Source: an uncultured Victivallaceae bacterium (GTDB lineage: Bacteria > Verrucomicrobiota > Kiritimatiellia > UBA8416 > CAYSRM01). From it: a DNA stretch of 41,228 nt. This document shows positions 17,426-23,899 of this stretch, in pieces. Position numbers and translations under genes: made by a program. The notes under the pieces were generated by a model that searched no databases, was not told the DNA's origin, and worked only from the letters and a program-made list of their open reading frames with translations. Numbering within the stretch: position 1 is the first letter of the stretch; each line of letters starts with the position of its first letter. Where the stretch lies: assembly GCA_964440205.1 (NCBI GenBank), contig CAYTRK010000001.1, forward strand, positions 1-41,228. The letters run 5' to 3'.

Positions 17426-17659
17426 TCAGTCCTTGCCGTCTTCTTTTTTACTGAAAGCGCCATGACCGAGCCGCGGGGGGGTTTTTGAAAAGAGCTTGCC
17501 GTTCGCTGCCGCGCAATCCAGCGGATACCCGTCAAAAAATATGTATATGCGATCCATGGGAACGCCGGAGACTTCAGATACGGCATTGCCTATTTTGTCG
17601 GCCAGTATTTCTTTTTGTTCCTCAGTGAATTCAAGGCTTTGTACTGTTACTGAAGGCAT
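17426..17659 (-). CDS. 4-oxalocrotonate tautomerase family protein
   Basis: 77 aa starting MPSVTVQSLEFTEEQKEILADKIGNAVSEVSGVP (catalytic Pro-1 pattern, beta-alpha-beta). Confidence 0.8.
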   Translation of the reverse strand: MPSVTVQSLEFTEEQKEILADKIGNAVSEVSGVPMDRIYIFFDGYPLDCAAANGKLFSKTPPRLGHGAFSKKEDGKD

Positions 17660-17722
17660 TGTGTCTCCTCTGGTAAGCGAAGCGCTCCCCGGGGTTCTCC
17701 GGGGAGCGCTTCTGTTTATTGT

Positions 17723-18502
17723 CTAGCGTGAAGCAAGAACTTCGGCGACCTTCTGGCCGAAAGCAATCGATGATTCCACGGAATTGCCTGTTATGAATGG
17801 CCAGTCAAAAGCCACGCGCGGGTTGTCCCGCGTTGCTTTCGGATCGCCTATGCATTCGCCCTCGGGGCCGACTGCATCCCTGACGATATCCTCCAGCGGA
17901 TAAAGGAAGCCGGAATACACGGCGTCCGTGCCTTTGTTGTCATCAGTAGCGCCCCAGAGATCAAGGGTGACTTCATCTTCAAAGTCCCATGATCGCGGAT
18001 GCGCACAGACGGTTTTGCCGTATATCACACTCTTGTAATCATTGTTTGGATCACGGGTGAATATGAGTGCGGCTGTGGCGTAGCACAGTGTCGCGACCAG
18101 CTTGTCCTGAGCTATTGCTTCGAGGATCAGCCGCTTGAAGTGCTTATTTGGTGCGATGTCCATCATCGCGCCAAGACCGCCAGTACCTACAACGGCGTCA
18201 TAATCGTCCATTTTGGCATCTGCCAGCTTGATAGGGTTCGCCCATTCGTTGCTTTTGACCAGTTCCTTGGTTCTCTCGCACACGAATTCGGGGTTAACCT
18301 TTGGGTTGAGCCCTGGGAGGTTGTCCAGCATAGGATCAACAAAATCAGGATCAACGCTTATTTTAAGCGGCAGTGGTTTTTTGCCTTGTGGTGTTGCCAG
18401 CGTCAGGTCGAAACCTGCTTTTTTGAGTTCGTCCCATGGTCCCTGGAGCTCTTCAGCCCACACACCAAAGTTTGTTGCCAGAACTAGTACTTTCTTACTC
18501 AC
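17723..18502 (-). CDS. DJ-1/PfpI-superfamily (class I glutamine amidotransferase-like) protein, copy A
   Basis: I moved the start to GTG 18502 (AAGGAG 6 nt upstream; MSKKVLVLATN parallels the copy B start), whereas the track uses TTG 18517. Motifs GTGGLGAMMD and the nucleophile-elbow-like ATLCYATAAL. Confidence 0.85.
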   Translation of the reverse strand: MSKKVLVLATNFGVWAEELQGPWDELKKAGFDLTLATPQGKKPLPLKISVDPDFVDPMLDNLPGLNPKVNPEFVCERTKELVKSNEWANPIKLADAKMDDYDAVVGTGGLGAMMDIAPNKHFKRLILEAIAQDKLVATLCYATAALIFTRDPNNDYKSVIYGKTVCAHPRSWDFEDEVTLDLWGATDDNKGTDAVYSGFLYPLEDIVRDAVGPEGECIGDPKATRDNPRVAFDWPFITGNSVESSIAFGQKVAEVLASR

Positions 18503-18537
18503 TGAAATCTCCTTCAATACTATATTTTGTTCATTAT

Positions 18538-19302
18538 TTAGCGTGAAGCGAGAACTTCGCAGATCTTGTCGCCGTAGGCGATTGAAGATTCAACGGAGGT
18601 TCCTGTAATAAACGGCCAGTCAAACGCCACTTCAGGATCTTCCCGGTTTGCGGTTTCGCGTGCTATGCACTCGCCGTCAGGGCCAACAGCGTCACGTACG
18701 AGGTGTTCGATGGGCCAGAGGAATCCGGGGGTGTGGACATCTGTGCCGTTGTTGTCATCGGTTGCACCATAGAGGTCGTAGGTGAAGTCCCAATCCGGGC
18801 CGTAGAAGTCCCAGGATGCCGGGTGCGCTGCTACCTTTTTGCCGTAGATCAGGGCTTTGCCGTCATCTCTACGGGCAAAGACCAGAGACGTGACTGCATA
18901 ACAAAGAGCGCAGGTCAGCTTGTCCTGTGCGATCGAGTCTTTGAGCAGCTTGTGTACATTGTAATTATTACACATATCTATCATTGCGCCAAGACCGCCT
19001 GTAAGGACTATGGCGTCATAATTCTTCATGTCGGCATCTTTAAACGTAATGGGGTTAGCCCATTCGTCACCGTCCGTGAGCTCTTTAATCCTGTCGCAGA
19101 CCTCGGGTGGATTTACCGCGAAGTTGATAATAGGATCGACGAACTCAGGATCGACACTGACTGCCAGCGGAAGAGGTTTCTTTCCGAGTGGTGTTGCCAG
19201 AGTCACGTTGTGACCTGCCTTGTTGAGCGCGTCCCACGGCGCCTGGAGCTCTTCGCCCCAAGTGCCGTAGTTCGTCGCAAGTACTAGTACTTTCTTACCC
19301 AT
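18538..19302 (-). CDS. DJ-1/PfpI-superfamily protein, copy B (tandem paralog)
   Basis: 254 aa with AAGGAG RBS. It is collinear with copy A over the full length (MGKKVLVLATNYG...LTGGLGAMID...CALCYAVTSL...EVLASR). Confidence 0.87.
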   Translation of the reverse strand: MGKKVLVLATNYGTWGEELQAPWDALNKAGHNVTLATPLGKKPLPLAVSVDPEFVDPIINFAVNPPEVCDRIKELTDGDEWANPITFKDADMKNYDAIVLTGGLGAMIDMCNNYNVHKLLKDSIAQDKLTCALCYAVTSLVFARRDDGKALIYGKKVAAHPASWDFYGPDWDFTYDLYGATDDNNGTDVHTPGFLWPIEHLVRDAVGPDGECIARETANREDPEVAFDWPFITGTSVESSIAYGDKICEVLASR

Positions 19303-19347
19303 TTTTATCTCCTTATTATGGTTGTTTGGGTTTGTGAAACCTTTTTG

Positions 19348-19680
19348 TTATTTGTTTTTGCCCGGGATATCTTCTTTTACCGGATTGAAAACATCGATTG
19401 CTTCTGTTTCGCCGAGAGCAGTGAATGTGTGTTTGACATTGGGAGGGATGAAATAAGAATCACCTTCCAGTAGACGCGTCTTGTCGTTCCCTATAGTCAT
19501 GTCGAAGCCGCCCTTGATAACATATCCGAACTGTTCCTGAGGGTGGTTGTGCAGAGGTATCACGCTTCCGTCATCCATGTTCCAGTGAAGAACGTTCATG
19601 TTAGTACCAGGGCCAAGCTCCTGCATGAGGATGCCGCCGCCGATATCTTTCTTGGGAATCTTTTTGTGATAACAATACAT
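19348..19680 (-). CDS. Cupin-domain protein
   Basis: 110 aa with GAGGAGG RBS. Cupin motif 1 PLHNHPQEQFGYVIKG and motif 2 GDSYFIPPNVKHTFTA. Confidence 0.85.
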   Translation of the reverse strand: MYCYHKKIPKKDIGGGILMQELGPGTNMNVLHWNMDDGSVIPLHNHPQEQFGYVIKGGFDMTIGNDKTRLLEGDSYFIPPNVKHTFTALGETEAIDVFNPVKEDIPGKNK

Positions 19681-19807
19681 GTATTGTGCCTCCTCGTTGT
19701 GCGAGAGTTAGAGTTCGGGGTTAGTCCCGAAATAAAACTGCCTGTAAAATACGACTTCCGCCCAAAGGGGGCAAGCAGAAAGAAGACCAGAAACACCTTT
19801 GTTCCTG

Positions 19808-19911
19808 TTAGCCCGCATATCTCACGCAATTTCGTAGCGAGAGCGTGGAGAGCCCCGCAGCAGCGCTATCCGCGCTCGCAGCGGGAATTTTGTTAAGATA
19901 TGCGGGTTAGG
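19808..19911. repeat. Full-length ~104-bp palindromic MITE/REP-like element (arm-swapped variant)
   Basis: It has the same TTAG-CCCGCATATCT...AGATATGCGGG-TTAG termini and CCCGCAGCA centre as the 9391 copy. The two internal arms match that copy only in exchanged, reverse-complemented positions. It sits in a divergent intergenic region. Confidence 0.85.
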
Positions 19912-20055
19912 GCATTGTTAGGCGCGAAAGCCTTAAAAAATGGTTTTTGGCGACAGATTTGTTGACTTTGGCGCTGCAAACGGATAGTCCTTATAGCTTG
20001 ATTTTATATGGCTACAAATAATGGAGTGAGTGCAGGCGAAAGGACAGGTTACATA

Positions 20056-20880
20056 ATGATGCAAAAAGTTTTGTTGCTCACGTGTTTCTGCTTATTAGTC
20101 CAGTGTTCGTGTGCCAGGTTCCCTGAAGGCAGTCCTGGCCGCGGGGCCGAAGCCCCGCGGCTTGACAAGAGCGTTAAGTTTATCGCCGGCCCCGACAAGA
20201 AGTGGTTCACGGATGATGATCCTGTCTATCACTATCACGCGTATCGTTACGGCGCGGATGGACGCAAGCTCTTGACTATATGCCATGGCGCAGGTGACTA
20301 CGGTGAAGTCTGTACAGATGATGATGTACAGTTTTACCTGGCTCATTCGTACGACATGGGCGGCATGGTTTCTTCTGAAACTTTCCACAATTCTGCGGGT
20401 CCTGATGGAGTGTGGTTTAATGATAATGATCCTGTTGGCTGGGAACAGGTCTTTGAATATGAAGGTGACAGAAAAAAGCAATATCTTCGCAAAAAAAACG
20501 GCGAGACAATTCGTCTGATGACTTATGAATACGACGGCGAGAACATTGTAAAGGACGCCGAGTATAACGCGCCTGGTCCTGATGGAGTGTGGTGCACGGA
20601 CGATGATGTGCTGGAAAGATATCATAGGTTCACTTTTGATGAACACGGCAGGAAAATTAAGTCGAGAGAATATCATGCTCATCACCGTGGCAGTGGTGAT
20701 GATGGCGAATGGTTTACCGAAGATGATATTGTGTCTTCTGCCATGACGCATCTGTATCATCACGGTCGTGCAGCGAGGGACATTAAACTGATAGGGGCAG
20801 GGGCTGATTGTAAATGGTTTACGGATGACGATGTCCTTCAATATTATGTTGTCCACGATTATTCCTGTGCTGTTGAATGA
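20056..20880 (+). CDS. Secreted (possibly lipo-) protein built from six ~35-aa GxDGxWFTDDD repeats
   Basis: I trimmed the ORF to ATG 20056 (MMQKVLLLTCFCLLVQCSC signal). The repeats are GPDKKWFTDDDPV, GDYGEVCTDDDVQ, GPDGVWFNDNDPV, GPDGVWCTDDDVL, GDDGEWFTEDDIV and GADCKWFTDDDVL, each followed by an aromatic-rich Y..Y..G(R/K)K segment. Confidence 0.75.
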   Translation: MMQKVLLLTCFCLLVQCSCARFPEGSPGRGAEAPRLDKSVKFIAGPDKKWFTDDDPVYHYHAYRYGADGRKLLTICHGAGDYGEVCTDDDVQFYLAHSYDMGGMVSSETFHNSAGPDGVWFNDNDPVGWEQVFEYEGDRKKQYLRKKNGETIRLMTYEYDGENIVKDAEYNAPGPDGVWCTDDDVLERYHRFTFDEHGRKIKSREYHAHHRGSGDDGEWFTEDDIVSSAMTHLYHHGRAARDIKLIGAGADCKWFTDDDVLQYYVVHDYSCAVE

Positions 20881-22592
20881 TTAACAAATATATAGCTGCA
20901 GTCCTTGTTTGCGCGCTTGCGCCTGTCTGTGTGTTTGCATTAATTGATGAGGACAGTGGAAGCGGCAATGATGTGAGAAGCAGGTATATGCTGCCCAAAC
21001 CTGCTGCTCAAAAGAAGTTTGACAAATTCATGAAGCAGGTTTCGCGTGCCATGGTACGTTCTGAAGTCCCTGCAGGCAGTTACAGACTTAGCGGCTTTGA
21101 GGTTGACGGCCCGGAGATAATCTCGCGCAAGATTGTAGCGAGGATAATAAAGGGCTATCTCGACAAACCATTATCTTCTGACGATATCCGGGCGTGTGTT
21201 GATGCTGTTACAAAGGAGCACCGCAAACGCGGTTATGTAACGTCTTATGCCGATTTTGGCGGGCTTACCCGGGCCGGCGAGGGTGATACTTATATTCTCA
21301 ATGTGGAAATAGTTGCGGGCAAGATTGGCGATGTAAAAGTCGCAGGCAACAGATTTTTCAGTGAAGACGTTATAAGGGACAGGCTCGATGTGGAGCAGGG
21401 TGAATATTTCAATCTCAAGGATCTTCAGTTTGGTGTATACAAGACGAGCCGTGTTATGGACAGGCGGGGGACATTGGATATTGATTATGATATGGACAGT
21501 GGTCTTTCTGATGTCAGTGTTATGGTTAAGGACACGGTGCCTGTTCATGTTACGTTTGAGATGGATAGTTACGGTTCGTGGTTCATTAATCAGAACCGTT
21601 ACAGGATCATGACCCTGCATAACAATCTCACCGGGCATGATGACCAGATACAGTTCAAGATGCAGTGGGCAGATAAAAGTGCGCATGAGCTTTATGATGT
21701 AGCTTACAGACTGCCGCTGGGGAACAAGTTCTGGTGGGAAGGTTATTTTATGCCTTATAAGGCGGAGGACTACTTTCATGATATGGCAGGCATTCACAAG
21801 CGTGCCTGGAAGACTTACACTTACCTGCATTACAATATGATAGAAGAGCCGGGCAGGAGTTTTATCTGGGATCTGGGTTTCGTGTATAAGCACATAGACT
21901 GGCAGTTGCCCCAGGGTAGTAATGTCAAGAGGGATCATTTCAGCGGTGTGCTTTTCGGATTCGACCTGGATTTCTCGGACAAGCGTGGCAGGACCATAAT
22001 TACGGATGATCTTGAAATCGGCATACCGGGTCTTTTCGGCGCAACGGAAGAAGATGTGGACGAAACTTCGGTAAAAGGCGCTGACGGGCAGTATGTCAGG
22101 AATCACCTTATTGTTGCGCGCAGACAGAAGCTGTTCGAGGGAACGGATTTTTTGCTGAAAAGTCATTGGCAGGTGGCAGATGCGGTGCTGACCGGTGTTA
22201 ACGCTTTCAGTGTGGGCGGCTATTTTGGGATAATAGACATGCGCGGATATCCGCGCGCTCAGGCGTACGGCGAGAACGGTTTATCTGTGTCTTCCGGATT
22301 TTCGTTTGCACCCTATTTCCTGCCCAGGGACATGAAGGTGCCGGGATCTAAGGGCACTTTTTTCAAGACAACCCAGTTGTTTGCCCTTATTGATTGGGCG
22401 ACGGTCAGCAAAAAACAGCCGCCTGAGGGTGAATCTCACAGCACAACGCTGGCGTCTGGTGTGGCCGGCATGCAGATGACGTTGCCGGAAAAGTTTTTTT
22501 GCAGGCTCGATGTGGGTATCCCGTTGACTGATGATGAACCTAAGGACGACAGGGACTATCAGGTATGGTTTCGTATAAGCAAAATGTATTGA
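20877..22592 (+). CDS. ShlB/FhaC/HecB-type (TpsB-like, Omp85 superfamily) outer-membrane transporter
   Basis: 571 aa. Its ATG overlaps the upstream TGA (ATGA at 20877-20880). Signal MINKYIAAVLVCALAPVCVFA. POTRA-like YRLSGFEVDG...KEHRKRGYVTSYADF...LNVEIVAGKIGDVKVAGNRFF. A long beta-barrel region ends in the aromatic WFRISKMY. Confidence 0.85.
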   Translation: MINKYIAAVLVCALAPVCVFALIDEDSGSGNDVRSRYMLPKPAAQKKFDKFMKQVSRAMVRSEVPAGSYRLSGFEVDGPEIISRKIVARIIKGYLDKPLSSDDIRACVDAVTKEHRKRGYVTSYADFGGLTRAGEGDTYILNVEIVAGKIGDVKVAGNRFFSEDVIRDRLDVEQGEYFNLKDLQFGVYKTSRVMDRRGTLDIDYDMDSGLSDVSVMVKDTVPVHVTFEMDSYGSWFINQNRYRIMTLHNNLTGHDDQIQFKMQWADKSAHELYDVAYRLPLGNKFWWEGYFMPYKAEDYFHDMAGIHKRAWKTYTYLHYNMIEEPGRSFIWDLGFVYKHIDWQLPQGSNVKRDHFSGVLFGFDLDFSDKRGRTIITDDLEIGIPGLFGATEEDVDETSVKGADGQYVRNHLIVARRQKLFEGTDFLLKSHWQVADAVLTGVNAFSVGGYFGIIDMRGYPRAQAYGENGLSVSSGFSFAPYFLPRDMKVPGSKGTFFKTTQLFALIDWATVSKKQPPEGESHSTTLASGVAGMQMTLPEKFFCRLDVGIPLTDDEPKDDRDYQVWFRISKMY

Positions 22593-22607
22593 GAAGAGGT
22601 CTTTAAT

Positions 22608-23453
22608 ATGACAGTGAAGAGGTTGTTGGCGTTTAGCACAGCAGTTATCTTGATGTGTGGTTGCGGTGTACTGGAGGGAGCAGAGTCTGATCATAACTTG
22701 TTTGATACCCGCCTGGGCCTTGATGTCGGGTCGGCATACATCTTCAGGGGCGCCACAATGAACGATGGTTGGGTGCTGCAGCCGTCGGCGGAGGTCAGTG
22801 CGTTCGGGCTTTTCGCCGGCGCATGGGCTAATTATGACCTTAACGATTACTCCGGTATTCTTGACAGATTCCGCTTTACGGAGGAGCGTATTTATGGTGG
22901 ATACCGTGCCGGGGCATGGGGGTTTCAAATTAAACTTGGTTATACATACTATCTGGAACGCCTTTCTCATACGGCTGTCGACGAGGCGCCCATAGACCTG
23001 AGCCGGCTGACCTTGCCCGAGATTCAGGAGATCAGGAAATCAATAAAACGGGAAGCGATGTCCGATCAATATCCGGTCTTCGAGAGTGATGATGCTTCGG
23101 AAGGAGTGTTTGAGCTCTCATATCCGGCGAGATGGACACCGTCGCTGAGTGTTTATCACGGATTGGACGGTAGTCTTGAAGATATGACTTATGTTATTGC
23201 AGGGCTGGACTTCAGATATTACGACCGGGCTGGATGGAGGATGTCGATGGGCGGGTCGTTTGCATATTATGACGGGCCGGATCAAGACGGGATGAGTTAC
23301 TGTGTTATAACACACGCGGTATCCTACGGATATTTGCGCGCGGAGATAAGGTTTATTGGCAATTTTGATGAAGATCTGCTGCCTGACGCGGAAGACGGTG
23401 GGCCATATGATATCCGGGAGTACGCGCTTATAGGTTTAAGCAGGCATTTCTGA
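22608..23453 (+). CDS. Gcw_chp/TorF-like outer-membrane beta-barrel protein (paralog 2)
   Basis: 281 aa, 15 nt after the TpsB-like stop. It has a signal sequence. LGLDVGSAYIFRGATMNDGWVLQPSAEV...AGAWANYDLND matches the signature of the 8447 gene. Confidence 0.65.
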   Translation: MTVKRLLAFSTAVILMCGCGVLEGAESDHNLFDTRLGLDVGSAYIFRGATMNDGWVLQPSAEVSAFGLFAGAWANYDLNDYSGILDRFRFTEERIYGGYRAGAWGFQIKLGYTYYLERLSHTAVDEAPIDLSRLTLPEIQEIRKSIKREAMSDQYPVFESDDASEGVFELSYPARWTPSLSVYHGLDGSLEDMTYVIAGLDFRYYDRAGWRMSMGGSFAYYDGPDQDGMSYCVITHAVSYGYLRAEIRFIGNFDEDLLPDAEDGGPYDIREYALIGLSRHF

Positions 23454-23492
23454 TACGTTTCGAAATTTCTGCCAGTGTTGTGGAGAATAAAG

Positions 23493-23885
23493 ATGAGCGA
23501 TGAGAAGAAACATATTCTTCTGGTTGGCACTGAGAAATGCTTTATATCAACGCAGGGCACGAAGCGCCTCTGATATATTCGGCTGAAGGCGCCTTGAAAG
23601 GATCGCTCCCGCCATGCGGTCCTGTTGTAGGGATTATTCCTGACGCTACTTATTCATCCCAGAAGGTTGTCATCGAGAAGAATCACTCGCTGGTTCTGTA
23701 TGCCGATGGCCTTACTGATTCACGTAACGGGCAGGGAAAGGAATATACTTTCGACCGGCTGAAGAAGCTTTGCGGCAATCCGGTTTGATCGGGTGCGGAG
23801 ATGCTGGACATGATCACCTCGGATGTGCAGGGGCACATAGGTGGCGCAGATCAGTTTGATGATCTTACGGCTGTCGTGGCGCCGG
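23493..23885 (+). pseudogene. Remnant of a response-regulator/PP2C (SpoIIE-type) phosphatase gene
   Basis: Three frame-discontinuous pieces. (1) MSDEKKHILLVG (receiver-like start) runs into a stop at ~23570. (2) An 83-aa ORF, LYINAGHEAPLIY...LVLYADGLTDSRN, corresponds to the C-terminal half of a PP2C domain. (3) Another frame after 23788 reads GAEMLDMITSDVQGHIGGADQFDDLTAVVA, the PP2C C-terminal motif. The N-terminal metal-binding half is missing. Confidence 0.6.
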
Positions 23886-23899
23886 ACGGTCTGACCGTT

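Noticed and set aside
9498-19807. The bracketed 10-kb block considered as a composite transposon, genomic island or prophage.
   Set aside because: There is no transposase, integrase, tRNA attachment site or phage gene. MITE-like elements accumulate in intergenic DNA anyway. I kept it only as a hypothesis to test by synteny and composition.
7869-19911. The repeated ~105-bp element considered as a CRISPR array or as integron attC sites (a GTTAGGC core-like heptamer occurs at 19916-19922).
   Set aside because: The copies are 1.5 and 10 kb apart, not in a regular repeat-spacer array, and no cas genes are present. For attC, the ends carry direct TTAG rather than inverse RYYYAAC/GTTRRRY cores, there is no intI, and the intervening 'cassette' is a 10-gene block.
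20056-20880. Interpreting the repeat protein as a canonical TpsA exoprotein.
   Set aside because: It is too small (274 aa) and I could not find a TPS domain or NPNL/NPNG motifs. It has a lipoprotein-like signal instead of the extended TpsA signal.
20095-22166. Long minus-strand ORFs (253 aa at 20095..20856; 331 aa at 21171..22166) antisense to the repeat-protein and TpsB-like genes.
   Set aside because: They are Ile/Arg/His-rich with no motifs, and the sense strand carries clear signal peptides, repeats and POTRA/barrel features.
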